A stretch of DNA of 64,000 nucleotides, from contig JAHFRW010000001.1 of NCBI GenBank assembly GCA_023266055.1, positions 25,153 to 89,152 of the forward strand, in the 5' to 3' direction. Each line of letters opens with the position of its first letter. The first letter of the stretch is position 1. The position numbers and the translations under genes were made by a program. The notes under the pieces are model-generated. The model was not told the origin of the DNA. It ran no database searches and was given only the letters and a program-made list of their open reading frames with translations. Shown here in pieces: positions 46,448-57,034 of this stretch. This DNA comes from Gammaproteobacteria bacterium. GTDB lineage: Bacteria; Pseudomonadota; Gammaproteobacteria; Ga0077554; Ga007554.

Positions 46448-47560
46448 ATGCAAATGCGAGTTATAAAATTATTTTTATATATTTCTTGTTTGGGTTTGTG
46501 CATAACCCCGGTGCATGCAGAACGTATCAAGGATGTCGCAGTAGTCGATGGCGTAAGAATAAATCAACTGGTGGGTTATGGCTTGGTGGTGGGGTTGGAT
46601 GGCAGCGGTGACCAAACTACCCAGGCGCCCTTCACAGTGCAAAGCATGAAAAGCATGCTTGCCCAGTTTGGTATTGTCCTGCCTCCCAATATCAATCCTC
46701 AGCTTAAAAATGTGGCGGCAGTGGCCATCCATGCTGAATTACCCCCCTTTGCCAAGCCGGGTCAAAGCATCGACATCACCGTCTCTTCACTGGGTAATGC
46801 CAAAAGCCTGCGCGGTGGTAGTTTGCTCATGACGCCGCTCAAGGGTGCTGATGGTGAAGTGTATGCCATTGCACAGGGAAGTCTCGCCGTCGGTGGTTTG
46901 GGTGTATCGGGTAGTGATGGATCAAAGATCACCGTGAATATTCCGAGTGTAGGCCGCATTCCTAATGGCGCGACCATCGAACGTACATCGCCTACATCAT
47001 TTGGTGATCTGGATAGTTTGGTTTTTAATTTACATACTTCTGATTTTACAACGGCAAAACGACTGGCGGATACCATTAATGCCACGATTGGTGCAGGCAC
47101 AGCCGAGCCATTGGATGCCTCCTCGATTAAAGTCAGTGCACCGCAGGATCAAGCGCAACGCGTTTCGTTTATTTCAGTTCTGGAAAACCTCACATTGGAA
47201 CCTGGTGAAGCTGCTGCAAAAGTCATCGTGAACTCCCGTACTGGAACCGTAGTGATTGGGCGATACGTACGCGTCATGCCTGCAGCTGTATCTCATGGAA
47301 GCCTGGTAGTCACCATTTCCGAGAGAGCGCGGGTCAGTCAACCAGAGGCTTTTTCAGGGGGTAATACCGTTGTTGTTCCAACTACCAATATTCAGGTAAC
47401 AGAAGAAAATCGCCGCATGTTTTTATTTGATGCGGGTGTATCGCTGGATGAAATTGTGCGCGCCGTAAATCAGGTAGGTGCAGCGCCCGGTGATCTCGTT
47501 GCTATTCTTCAGGCGCTCAGGGAATCAGGTGCATTACGCGCAGAACTTATTGTAATTTAA
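46448..47560 (+). CDS. flgI: Flagellar P-ring protein FlgI
   Basis: A signal peptide is followed by [32 protein letters not shown]. Confidence 0.95.
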   Translation: MQMRVIKLFLYISCLGLCITPVHAERIKDVAVVDGVRINQLVGYGLVVGLDGSGDQTTQAPFTVQSMKSMLAQFGIVLPPNINPQLKNVAAVAIHAELPPFAKPGQSIDITVSSLGNAKSLRGGSLLMTPLKGADGEVYAIAQGSLAVGGLGVSGSDGSKITVNIPSVGRIPNGATIERTSPTSFGDLDSLVFNLHTSDFTTAKRLADTINATIGAGTAEPLDASSIKVSAPQDQAQRVSFISVLENLTLEPGEAAAKVIVNSRTGTVVIGRYVRVMPAAVSHGSLVVTISERARVSQPEAFSGGNTVVVPTTNIQVTEENRRMFLFDAGVSLDEIVRAVNQVGAAPGDLVAILQALRESGALRAELIVI

Positions 47561-47561
47561 A

Positions 47562-48461
47562 ATGATATCTAACCCCGACATTTATACTGATTTACAGGGA
47601 TTGAGCCAATTGCGTCGCCAGGCGCAGAGCAACTCTCCCGAAGCCTTGCGTGCGGTAGCAAAGCAATTTGAAGGATTATTGATGCAAATGATGCTCAAGA
47701 GCATGCGTGACGCGAGCACCGGTGATGGTTTGATGGATAATGAGCAGACGGAATTTTATCAAGGCATGTTTGATCAACAGTTAGCGTTATCCTTATCCAA
47801 TGGACAAGGGATGGGACTGGCAAACATGTTGATCAAACAACTGGGCGGCAATTTTTCAGAGCCACCCAAAGACAGGAATGAGGGTGTAAAAGATAGACCA
47901 TTCACTTTTCCTGGCGCAAGCGCAATGCCATCAGTGGCATTGCCGCAGGCATCTAATAACGTTGACCCTCAACCAGTATTCGGATCCCCCGAGGAATTTT
48001 CAAAATCATTGTGGCCACTGGCTCAGAAAACAGGAAAAGAGCTGGGTATTGCACCTCAGGCTATTCTGGCACAGGCAGCACTTGAAACCGGCTGGGGGAA
48101 ATTTATCATTAAACATTCGGATGGCCGCAGCACCCATAATTTGTTTGGTATAAAGGCAGACCAACGTTGGCAAGGTGAGCATGTCGTCCTGCCCGCTCTG
48201 GAGTACGCAGATGGCCAAGCGGTAAAACGCAAGGAATCATTTCGTTCCTATGATTCGTATGCCGCCAGTTTTTCTGATTACGCAAATTTTCTACGCTCTA
48301 ATCCCAGGTACGAAAAAGCCTTGATGTCAGGTCACGATCCGATGTTGTTTACCCAGGCATTACATGCGGCAGGCTATGCCACAGACCCTGATTACCATTC
48401 AAAAATTAATAATATAATTAACAGTTCGGCGATGATATCAAGGCTGACACCATGGCTGTAA
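47562..48461 (+). CDS. flgJ: Flagellar rod assembly protein / peptidoglycan hydrolase FlgJ
   Basis: The N-terminal rod-binding region is AKQFEGLLMQMMLKSMR. The C-terminal glucosaminidase region is AILAQAALETGWGK...NLFGIK. Confidence 0.93.
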   Translation: MISNPDIYTDLQGLSQLRRQAQSNSPEALRAVAKQFEGLLMQMMLKSMRDASTGDGLMDNEQTEFYQGMFDQQLALSLSNGQGMGLANMLIKQLGGNFSEPPKDRNEGVKDRPFTFPGASAMPSVALPQASNNVDPQPVFGSPEEFSKSLWPLAQKTGKELGIAPQAILAQAALETGWGKFIIKHSDGRSTHNLFGIKADQRWQGEHVVLPALEYADGQAVKRKESFRSYDSYAASFSDYANFLRSNPRYEKALMSGHDPMLFTQALHAAGYATDPDYHSKINNIINSSAMISRLTPWL

Positions 48462-48542
48462 AAGCCGTTAATATAAGCGCCGGAAATCACCACTTTCAGT
48501 TTAGGAAGAGGGGGGGTAAGTTGACTCAAGACGAGGTAGTGC

Positions 48543-50711
48543 ATGGCGGGTGACATACTAGGTATAGGAATCTCGGGATTGCTGGCATATCAGCGTTCGC
48601 TGGCTACGGCTGGTCATAATATTACCAATGTAAACACGGAAGGCTATAGTCGTCAGCGCGTTGATCTGGCTACTCGTCCCGCAATATTTTCCGGGGATGG
48701 TTATGTAGGTACAGGTGTCAGCGTAGAAAATGTGCGGCGTATGTATGATGGTTTTCTGACGACACAGGTGCGTAACAGCACGGCATCTTTTAACCAAAGT
48801 GATTATCTTCACACGCTGGTTAGCCGCATTGACAATCTTCTGGCCGATCCACAGGCAGGACTAACGCCCGCACTACAGGGCTTCTTCAATGGGGTACAAG
48901 GTGTTGCGAATGCCCCAGGCTCTCTTTCAGCGCGTCAGGTATTATTGAGTGAGTCCACCACGCTGGTGGATCGGTTCCATTATCTGGATGCGCGATTTTC
49001 TGAGCTAGGTAATTCAATTAATGTTGATATCGGAAATGTTGTTAAGGAAATAAACAGTTTCGCGCAGGGAATTGCCAGTGCGAATCAGGATATTGCACTG
49101 GCAACAGGCTCTTTTTCTGGCGCGCCTCCCAATGATCTTATTGACAAGCGTGATGCATTAATTGTAGAGCTATCCAAGCGTATCGCTGTTACCAGCATTC
49201 CACAGGATGATGGATCAATAAATATTTTTATAGGTAACGGTCAGGCGCTTGTCTCTGGTTATCGTGCTCAATCATTGAGTGAAGTACAAAATCAGTTTGA
49301 TCCCTCACGTATCGATGTGGGTTATAAAGTGGGTGCCAGCGTAGTAAATGTAACTGACCAGTTAAATGGTGGTAAATTGGGTGGAATGCTGGATTTTCGT
49401 AAAAACATACTGGATGAATCAAGAAAATTACTGGGTAATATAGCTATAGGTTTATCGGACACCTTTAATGACCAGCACAAACTTGGCCAGGATATTAACG
49501 GCCAATTGGGCAGTGATTTCTTTACCGTGCCAGCTATTCAAGTGCAGCCTCGCGTATTGAATTCTGGTTCAGGACTGGTCACGGCATCATTGGTCAATCC
49601 AGATGCCGTCACTACCAGTGATTACCGCTTGACCTATGGCGGTGGAAATACTTATACCTTGCAGAGGCTTTCTGATAACCAGACATTTCCGATAAATACG
49701 GGCGGTACGTCACCTTATACTACGGAAGAATTTGATGGATTTTCACTACAACTTACAGCAGGTGCAGCCGTTAATGACAGTTTCCTGATTCGGCCTGCTT
49801 ACTCAGCGGCTCAAAACATTGGTTTATCCATCAAGGATCCGAAGAATATTGCAGCGGCGGCGCCTATTCGTACATCAACAGCAATCTCGAATACCGGATC
49901 GGGAGCCATTAGTCCCGGGATAGTTAATTCACCCAATAATCGTGTCAGTCTGCAATTTACATCAGCCACGACATATAACGTGACAGATATCACTACGGGC
50001 GTCTCGTTGGCCCAGAACTTGCCTTATGTGTCTGGAAATAATATTCAATTCAATGGATGGACAGCACAGGTCAGCGGTGCTGTTGTGGCGGGCGATAAAT
50101 TTTATATTGACAAAGCGGTCACTACTGCCGATACAGCTAATGTCGGGGTTGGTGCCATCAGTCCTGCGACGGTTAACCCGCCGGACCCAAACTTGCGGGA
50201 TACCGTTACTATTACATTCAACAACCCGCCGACAACCTTTAATGTAGCAGGTGCTACCACAGGTAGTCCGGTTGCAGTGATACCTTATGTGAATGGTCAG
50301 GCGATCAGCTTCAATGGATGGACAGTCAAGCTGACAGGTGCGCCAGCTGCAGGAGATGTGTTTACGGTCGGTGCTAACACGAATGGTGTAGCAGACAACC
50401 GTAATGCTTTATTGCTGTCCCAGTTCCAGACGCAACGTACATTGAATAATGGCACAGCAACGTATCAGGATGCCTATGGTCAGTTGGTGGCAAGCGTTGG
50501 GACGCAAACCCATCAGGCCAAAATTTCACGGGATGTGCAGGAAGTTTTGAAGAATCAGGCCATTGAGTCGCGAGATTCATTGTCTGGTGTGAATCTTGAT
50601 GAAGAGGCGGCTGATCTGGTGCGTTTACAACAAGCTTACCAGGCTGCCGCGCAAGTTATCTCGGTAAGTGATACCTTGTTTCAGACGCTACTCGGTGCAG
50701 TAAGAAGGTAA
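48543..50711 (+). CDS. flgK: Flagellar hook-associated protein 1 FlgK (enlarged, 722 aa)
   Basis: The N-terminus is ISGLLAYQRSLATAGHNITNVNTEGYSRQRV and the C-terminus is VNLDEEAADLVRLQQAYQAAAQVI. Confidence 0.95.
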   Translation: MAGDILGIGISGLLAYQRSLATAGHNITNVNTEGYSRQRVDLATRPAIFSGDGYVGTGVSVENVRRMYDGFLTTQVRNSTASFNQSDYLHTLVSRIDNLLADPQAGLTPALQGFFNGVQGVANAPGSLSARQVLLSESTTLVDRFHYLDARFSELGNSINVDIGNVVKEINSFAQGIASANQDIALATGSFSGAPPNDLIDKRDALIVELSKRIAVTSIPQDDGSINIFIGNGQALVSGYRAQSLSEVQNQFDPSRIDVGYKVGASVVNVTDQLNGGKLGGMLDFRKNILDESRKLLGNIAIGLSDTFNDQHKLGQDINGQLGSDFFTVPAIQVQPRVLNSGSGLVTASLVNPDAVTTSDYRLTYGGGNTYTLQRLSDNQTFPINTGGTSPYTTEEFDGFSLQLTAGAAVNDSFLIRPAYSAAQNIGLSIKDPKNIAAAAPIRTSTAISNTGSGAISPGIVNSPNNRVSLQFTSATTYNVTDITTGVSLAQNLPYVSGNNIQFNGWTAQVSGAVVAGDKFYIDKAVTTADTANVGVGAISPATVNPPDPNLRDTVTITFNNPPTTFNVAGATTGSPVAVIPYVNGQAISFNGWTVKLTGAPAAGDVFTVGANTNGVADNRNALLLSQFQTQRTLNNGTATYQDAYGQLVASVGTQTHQAKISRDVQEVLKNQAIESRDSLSGVNLDEEAADLVRLQQAYQAAAQVISVSDTLFQTLLGAVRR
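49620..50372 (+). repeat. Three tandem ~58-aa domain repeats inside flgK, with a fourth copy in flgL at about 51354-51555
   Basis: The repeat ends are FDGFSLQLTAGAAVNDSFLI, IQFNGWTAQVSGAVVAGDKFYI and ISFNGWTVKLTGAPAAGDVFTV. Repeats 2 and 3 share the identical 16-mer TTCAATGGATGGACAG (50049 and 50310). The FlgL copy reads LSFNGVQTRVSGTPANGDTFTV. Confidence 0.7.
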
Positions 50712-50714
50712 TAT

Positions 50715-51923
50715 ATGCGAATTTCCACACAACAACTACAACAGCAAGGCATCAATTCTATGCTGGAGCAGCAGGGAAAACTGGGCAAGACCCAGTTACA
50801 GGTTTCTACGGGACGGCGTATTTTAACACCAGGAGATGATCCTGCTGCGTCGGCTCAAGTATTGAATCTGACTCAGGCCAAAGAAGCGACGCAGCAATAT
50901 CAGGCAAACACAGAGGCGGCACGCACGCGACTTTCCCTGGAAGAAAATGTTTTGTCAGGTGTGGGTGATCTTTTGCAGCGTGTTCGGGAGTTGACAGTAC
51001 AGGCCAATAATGCGCCCTTGAGTAATAGTGATCGTAAAGATATCGCACAGGAAGTTCGCCAACGTTTGGACGAGCTTCTTGCTTTGTCAAATACTCGTGA
51101 TGCCAGTAATGAGTATTTGTTTTCAGGATATCAAGGTCTGGCGCAACCTTTTTCTCCTGCTTCATCGGGAAATTATAACTATAATGGTGACGAGGGTCAG
51201 CGCTATCTTCAAATAGGTTCAAACCGACAAGTAGCGATAGGTGACTCTGGAACATCCGTGTTCCGCGCCATTCGCAATGGCAACGGGATTTTTTCCACTC
51301 AGGAAAATCCTGCTAATACGGGTACCGGGGTTATTGATCCTGGGACAGTCAATGGCACGTTCGTGCCTGATACCTATACATTAGCCTTCATTCAGGTGTT
51401 ACCTACAGATCCGGTGACTTACACCGTCACAGGTGTAGCAAGTGGTGTGGTTGCTTCGGGTACCCATACCAATGGCGGCAGTCTCTCATTCAATGGTGTG
51501 CAGACCCGTGTTTCAGGAACACCGGCTAATGGAGATACATTTACCGTTTCACCCAGTGCCAACCAGGATATATTTTCGACAGTGCAAAATCTCGCACAGG
51601 CACTGGAAACGTCTGTTGGCAGCCCAGCAGGTCAGGCACGGTTCAATAATGCAATGAACCGCACGCTGATAGATCTGGATCGTTCTCTGGATAACATCAT
51701 TGATGTCAGAACCAGAATAGGATCACGGCTTAATGCCATTGATGCCCAGCGGAACCTCAATGATTCATTCAAGTTGCAACTTCAGGAAACCATTTCCAAT
51801 CTTCAGGATCTGGATTACGCTGAAGCAGTCAGCAGACTGAATTTACAGATTACCGGGCTACAGGCGGCACAACAATCCTTTATCAAGATTCAGGGTTTAT
51901 CATTGTTTAATTTTCTGCGTTAG
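50715..51923 (+). CDS. flgL: Flagellar hook-associated protein 3 FlgL
   Basis: MRISTQQLQQQGINSMLEQQGKLGKTQLQVSTGRRILTPGDDPAASAQVL matches FlgL. Confidence 0.94.
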   Translation: MRISTQQLQQQGINSMLEQQGKLGKTQLQVSTGRRILTPGDDPAASAQVLNLTQAKEATQQYQANTEAARTRLSLEENVLSGVGDLLQRVRELTVQANNAPLSNSDRKDIAQEVRQRLDELLALSNTRDASNEYLFSGYQGLAQPFSPASSGNYNYNGDEGQRYLQIGSNRQVAIGDSGTSVFRAIRNGNGIFSTQENPANTGTGVIDPGTVNGTFVPDTYTLAFIQVLPTDPVTYTVTGVASGVVASGTHTNGGSLSFNGVQTRVSGTPANGDTFTVSPSANQDIFSTVQNLAQALETSVGSPAGQARFNNAMNRTLIDLDRSLDNIIDVRTRIGSRLNAIDAQRNLNDSFKLQLQETISNLQDLDYAEAVSRLNLQITGLQAAQQSFIKIQGLSLFNFLR

Positions 51924-52186
51924 ATTCAGTGGTTCTTTGGAGGGATTTATAGGGCAGAACACTGAATAACAGGTTTATACTCAATCAAAATCATACCAAG
52001 ATGTAATAACTTCTGCTTTTCGACCGTGTATTAAATGGCTCGTTAATCAAATACTCTTGCCAGTCTCACAGCTTGTATTTTTATAATAAACAATACGTTA
52101 TTTTCGTTTCGGTTGTGCCATAAGATATCGGGTATCGGGTAAGCGCTCATGCTTAACGCCTTAAAGCATTTTTCTGATAATTTTCC

Positions 52187-52214
52187 TAAAGTTCAGTTTC
52201 TCGACAACCGATAT
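52187..52214 (+). promoter_or_regulatory. Sigma-28 (FliA) class promoter upstream of fliC
   Basis: TAAAGTTC-N11/12-(A)ACCGATAT compares with the consensus TAAAGTTT-N11-GCCGATAA. It lies about 110 nt upstream of the fliC ATG. Confidence 0.65.
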
Positions 52215-52326
52215 CTTTGTTGGTAGCGGTGAATGGGTCCCTTTGAGGAAACATATCCGCTAAGTATAAATCTCCGCAGACAGGTCACCTTATGGGTGAA
52301 ATCTGCGGCACGATGGAGAAAATCTC

Positions 52327-53901
52327 ATGGCTCAAGTTATTAACACTAATATTGCTTCACTTAATGCACAGCGTAATCTGAACACCTCTCAAAGCTCCCT
52401 GAATGTTTCCTTGCAACGTTTATCCTCGGGGTTGCGTATTAACAGCGCCAAGGACGATGCTGCAGGCCTTGCCATTTCAGACCGTTTCACTACCCAGATT
52501 CGTGGTTTGAATCAGGCCAGCCGTAATGCCAGTGATGGTATTTCACTGTCTCAGACATCCGAATCTGCCCTGGCCGAGATTGGCAATAATCTGCAGCGTA
52601 TTCGTGAACTGGCGGTACAGTCGGCCAATGCCACGAACTCGGCTTCAGACCGTTCGGCACTCGACCTTGAAGTTCAACAACGCATCGCTGAAATTGATCG
52701 TATTGCAAGTCAAACTTCATTTAATGGCCGGAAAGTACTGGATGGTAGTTTCGGCAGCGCTGCCTTTCAGGTGGGCGCCAACGTGGGTGAAACTATTACT
52801 GTTGGCCTCAGTTCCAGCGTAAAGGCAGCAAGCATTGGCGCCTATGTCAGCCAGGCGGGCGCTACAGCAGTGACAGTCGCTGCTGCAGGTGCGGGTACCA
52901 ATAACACCAGTACCTTGCCTGCAAGTGCATCGTCCTACAACGGTGTTTCTGCCACGGCATTCAATGGAACGAACTTTAGCTTGAATGGCACAAACATTCT
53001 TAACTCTGCCAACTATACCGGTACGGCTGCACCTACCCAGCAGGATTCCACGAGCGCCTTTGCCAAGGCAGCTGCAATTAACGCTACAGGCATTGCAGGC
53101 ATCACGGCAAGCGCAGATACGACCAAGACTTTTGCGGCCTCTGTTACTGGTACAGCGGGTACCAGTGATTTCCTTAACTTCAGTTCCTCCGCAGGTGTTC
53201 TGTCCTATTCTCTGTCGGTCAATGGACAGGCAGTATTGAGTGCAACTGGTAACGTCAGCATTGCTGCAGCGGTTCAGAACATTAACTCGTTTTCATCAAC
53301 CACGGGTGTGGTGGCGTCATTACAGGGAACATCGTTACAGCTTCAGGCTGCCGATGGGCGTAATATTGATATTAACGAAAGTTTTGCCGTTACAGGAACG
53401 ACCACGACGAGTGATATCGTTGATTCTGTGTTCTCCATTAATACCTCAACAGGTACTGCTGGCTTCAGTCTGGCCGCAGGAACGGAAACCTATCGCGGGA
53501 AGATCACATTGAGCTCTCCGGCTTCTGTCACATTGGGTGGAACACAGGCAACGGCCGGATTTACCGGTACACTACTCTCAGCTTCCAGCAGTATCCAGTT
53601 GCAAACAGTCACCTCTGTTGCCAATGCCAATAATACAATTCTGGCGGTGGATGCCGCATTGACATCAGTAAGCAATCTGAGGAGTACCTTCGGTGCGATT
53701 CAGAATCGTTTTGAATCGGTTATTTCCAATCTTGATACGATATCTGAAAATCTGACTGCTTCACGCAGTCGGATTCTGGATACGGATTTTGCAGCGGAAA
53801 CAGCAGCGTTGACCCGCGGTCAGATCCTGCAACAGGCCGGTACGGCGATTTTGGCTCAGGCTAATGCGTTGCCGAACAACGTATTGTCACTGTTACGGTA
53901 A
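52327..53901 (+). CDS. fliC: Flagellin (524 aa, large S/T/A/G-rich central domain)
   Basis: The N-terminus is [51 protein letters not shown] and the C-terminus is [25 protein letters not shown]. Confidence 0.97.
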   Translation: MAQVINTNIASLNAQRNLNTSQSSLNVSLQRLSSGLRINSAKDDAAGLAISDRFTTQIRGLNQASRNASDGISLSQTSESALAEIGNNLQRIRELAVQSANATNSASDRSALDLEVQQRIAEIDRIASQTSFNGRKVLDGSFGSAAFQVGANVGETITVGLSSSVKAASIGAYVSQAGATAVTVAAAGAGTNNTSTLPASASSYNGVSATAFNGTNFSLNGTNILNSANYTGTAAPTQQDSTSAFAKAAAINATGIAGITASADTTKTFAASVTGTAGTSDFLNFSSSAGVLSYSLSVNGQAVLSATGNVSIAAAVQNINSFSSTTGVVASLQGTSLQLQAADGRNIDINESFAVTGTTTTSDIVDSVFSINTSTGTAGFSLAAGTETYRGKITLSSPASVTLGGTQATAGFTGTLLSASSSIQLQTVTSVANANNTILAVDAALTSVSNLRSTFGAIQNRFESVISNLDTISENLTASRSRILDTDFAAETAALTRGQILQQAGTAILAQANALPNNVLSLLR

Positions 53902-53911
53902 ACCTGAAAAT

Positions 53912-53950
53912 AAATTCACCCAAGCAGGGACGCCTGGGTGAATTTCTTTA
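53912..53950 (+). terminator. Intrinsic terminator after fliC
   Basis: AAATTCACCCA (53912-53922) pairs with TGGGTGAATTT (53935-53945), followed by CTTTATT. Confidence 0.7.
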
Positions 53951-53963
53951 TTGAAGGCATGAG

Positions 53964-54338
53964 GTGTACAGTATGATGCCAAATGTTATACAAGTTGTAA
54001 CCACGAATTCACCCATATCACCACCAAGGAATAATTTACAATCTGTGACTGAGAAACCTGCTGCTTTATTGCCTGTCGTAGATATTAAAAAACAGGATAT
54101 CGAACCCAGTCAACAGGAGCTTGATCATGCCGTGAGCAGACTTAATGAATATATACAAAACTCACGACGTGATTTACATTTCAGTGTAGATAAAGACAGT
54201 GGCAGAGTGGTAGTGAAAGTGATTGATTCTGAAACACGTGAAGTTATTCGCCAGATCCCATCTGAAGAAGTGATCGCTTTGGCACACGGAATAGGGTTAA
54301 AAGAACCTTCTGGGGTATTGCTACATAAAAAAGCATGA
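53964..54338 (+). CDS. flaG: Flagellar protein FlaG
   Basis: LNEYIQNSRRDLHFSVDKDSGRVVVKVIDSETREVIRQIPSEEV matches FlaG. The start is GTG 53964 or ATG 53973. Confidence 0.9.
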   Translation: MYSMMPNVIQVVTTNSPISPPRNNLQSVTEKPAALLPVVDIKKQDIEPSQQELDHAVSRLNEYIQNSRRDLHFSVDKDSGRVVVKVIDSETREVIRQIPSEEVIALAHGIGLKEPSGVLLHKKA

Positions 54339-54445
54339 TTATAAATGGAAACATTAAAAATGTATGTATCCTGAAATATATTAACAGGAATAATGTGACG
54401 AAACTCAATATAAATACATATGCTTTAGTGAAGGTATATTAAAGT

Positions 54446-56497
54446 ATGGCAACCATTACATCTACAGGTATTGGTTCGGGTCTGGACGTCTCAGGGTTGG
54501 TCAAACAATTAATGGCGGTTGAGCGTCAGCCCTTGGCTATTCTGGATAATAAAGAGGCTTTTATTCAGGCCAAGCTCAGTGCCTATGGAAATTTTAAGGG
54601 CGCTCTTTCATCATTTCAATCATCAATGAGTGGATTGTCCAACCTTTCAAAATTTACGGCATTCAAAGCCACGTCTTCTGACTCGACGGTTGTTACATCT
54701 TCAGCTTTCGCTAATGCCGCTCCGGGTAGTTACGCCGTTGAAGTCACAACGCTGGCTCAAGCTAATAAACTTCGATCCAAGACATTCGCTGATATTACAA
54801 ACAATGTTGGAACAGGAGTCCTGACTTTTCAATTTGGAAAGGTGAGTGGAACGTCATTTATTGCCAATAGTGAAAAACCATCGCAAACGGTTACCATTAG
54901 TCCTGAAAAAAACAGTGTCAGCGGAATACGTGATGCCATAAATGCGGCAAATATTGGCGTAAGTGCTGCCATTTTAAATGATGGGACAGGGAATCGTTTG
55001 ATTTTTACATCGAAGGATAGTGGTGAAAATAATAGTCTTAAAGTTACTGTTGCAGATACCAGTGACGCCAGTAATGTGGATGATTCAGGATTATCTCAGA
55101 TCGCTTATGACCCGTTGGGTACCGTGGGTAACGGTAAAAATTTAACAGAGTCAATTGCCGGACAGAATGCGACACTTAAAATCGACGGAATATCCGTCAG
55201 TAAATCCACCAATACGGTGACGGATGTCATTCAAGGAGTCACACTGAATTTATTCAAGACAAGTACCACAGGTGTAGCAACAACGGTTGCTGTGGTACGT
55301 GATGTGGAAGTGGTTAAAACATCCATCGATTCCTTCGTCAAAGCCTTTAATGATATTAATAAAACGGTTAAGGATCTGACCGCATATGATGCCGCGACTA
55401 AACGTGGATCTATTTTGCAAGGCGATATCTCTGCCTTGTCAGTGGTCGCGCAGGCACGTAAAACGTTAAATGCAACATTAACGGGATTGAATGGTAATTA
55501 TACGGCACTTTCCACGATCGGTATTTCCTTTCAGAAGGATGGTTCATTGCAGCTGGATGCTGCCAAATTACAGAAGGTAATTGATACCAATTTCAATGAC
55601 CTTGCCGGGCTATTTGCTGCTCAGGGCAGACCCACTGACAGCTTAGTAAGTTATATCAATGCTACAGATAAAGTTCAACCGGGGAGTTATGCAGTTTCGG
55701 TAAGCCAGTTGGCAACGCAAGGCGCTAAATCAGGTGTCGCTACAGCATCATTAGCCGATACCGCAGGAACATTTACGACGCCTTTTGTTATTGATGCTAA
55801 TAACGACACCTTTGCGCTGAAGTTGAACGGTATACAATCGAATACCATTACCTTGACACAAGGAAGCTATGCTACGGCAGCGGCGCTTGTGGCAGAGATT
55901 CAGTCAAAAATTAATGGTGATGCTGCATTTAAAACGGCAGGAGTAAGCTTGTCGGTGTCATTTGATAGTGCGACGGACAGTTTGTCGTTGACTTCGAGTC
56001 GTTATGGTGCGGCATCGTCGATAGAGATTACAAATGTCGACACTGCCACGGCGGCGACTCTGGGGTTCAGTGCAGGTACTGGCACGTTGGGTGTGGATGT
56101 GGCTGGCACGATTAATGGCGTTGCAGCAGCGGGAGCGGGTCGATTTTTAACGGGCGCGTCAGGTGATGCGGCCGAAGGACTGAAGCTTGAAATTGCTGGA
56201 ACCGCTACAGGGAGTCGTGGTACGGTCAATTATTCTCAGGGTTATGCTTATCAGTTGGACAAATTGGCAGGTCGATTGCTTGCGAGCACAGGTCCGATTG
56301 CTACTCGAGCTAGCGGTCTGGATAGTAACATTAAAGAGATTAATCAGCGCCGCGTAATTCTTAATCAACGTTTTGATGAAATTGAAAAGCGTTACAGGGC
56401 ACAATTTTCTGCCCTGGATAGCGTGCTTGGGAAGTTGCGTAATACCAGTGATTTCCTGACGCAGCAATTGGCGACACTGCCAGGTTCAGGTAAATAG
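54446..56497 (+). CDS. fliD: Flagellar filament capping protein FliD (enlarged, 683 aa)
   Basis: STGIGSGLDVSGLVKQLMAVERQPL and the C-terminal QFSALDSVLGKLRNTSDFLTQQL match FliD. Confidence 0.95.
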   Translation: MATITSTGIGSGLDVSGLVKQLMAVERQPLAILDNKEAFIQAKLSAYGNFKGALSSFQSSMSGLSNLSKFTAFKATSSDSTVVTSSAFANAAPGSYAVEVTTLAQANKLRSKTFADITNNVGTGVLTFQFGKVSGTSFIANSEKPSQTVTISPEKNSVSGIRDAINAANIGVSAAILNDGTGNRLIFTSKDSGENNSLKVTVADTSDASNVDDSGLSQIAYDPLGTVGNGKNLTESIAGQNATLKIDGISVSKSTNTVTDVIQGVTLNLFKTSTTGVATTVAVVRDVEVVKTSIDSFVKAFNDINKTVKDLTAYDAATKRGSILQGDISALSVVAQARKTLNATLTGLNGNYTALSTIGISFQKDGSLQLDAAKLQKVIDTNFNDLAGLFAAQGRPTDSLVSYINATDKVQPGSYAVSVSQLATQGAKSGVATASLADTAGTFTTPFVIDANNDTFALKLNGIQSNTITLTQGSYATAAALVAEIQSKINGDAAFKTAGVSLSVSFDSATDSLSLTSSRYGAASSIEITNVDTATAATLGFSAGTGTLGVDVAGTINGVAAAGAGRFLTGASGDAAEGLKLEIAGTATGSRGTVNYSQGYAYQLDKLAGRLLASTGPIATRASGLDSNIKEINQRRVILNQRFDEIEKRYRAQFSALDSVLGKLRNTSDFLTQQLATLPGSGK

Positions 56498-56578
56498 GAT
56501 GGTTATACAACGTATCAAGGTGAGGTAGGCCGTGGAGTTCTGGCTTGCCGTGTCAGTATTAAAGATGGGGAGATAGCA

Positions 56579-57034
56579 GTGAATTATCCTGGAAAGAGCT
56601 CGGCATTACAGCAGTATGGGCAGGTAAGCGCACAATCAGGCGTGGCTTACGCGACTCCCCATAGACTGATTCATATGTTGTTTGATGGTGTATTGGATAA
56701 GCTTGCATTGGCTCGTGGCCATATGCAGCGTGGTGAGGTGGCCCTGAAAGGTAGCCATATTGGTTGGGCTATTTCAATTATTGATGGATTAAGAATGAGT
56801 CTGGATAAAGAGGCTGGAGGTGAGATAGCTCAAAACCTTGATGCACTATATGATTATATGCAGCGCCGTTTATTGCAGGCCAATTTGAAAAATGATGCTG
56901 AAATACTTGGTGAAGTGTCATCATTATTGCGTACCTTAAAAGATGCATGGGGCCAGATTCCTGAAGAGTTGCATAATACTCCCCAGGCCGCAGCAGCGGA
57001 AGCGGTAGCGGTGATTGCTGATGCAGGTCGATGA
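56579..57034 (+). CDS. fliS: Flagellin-specific chaperone FliS
   Basis: YGQVSAQSGVAYATPHRLIHMLFDGVLDKLALARGHM matches FliS. GTG start. Confidence 0.9.
   Translation: MNYPGKSSALQQYGQVSAQSGVAYATPHRLIHMLFDGVLDKLALARGHMQRGEVALKGSHIGWAISIIDGLRMSLDKEAGGEIAQNLDALYDYMQRRLLQANLKNDAEILGEVSSLLRTLKDAWGQIPEELHNTPQAAAAEAVAVIADAGR

Noticed and set aside
48459-48486. Sigma-28-like promoter TAAA-N15/16-GCCGGAAA upstream of flgK
   Set aside because: The -10 element deviates from GCCGATAA at the critical positions and the -35 is only TAAA, which is too weak to report as a feature.
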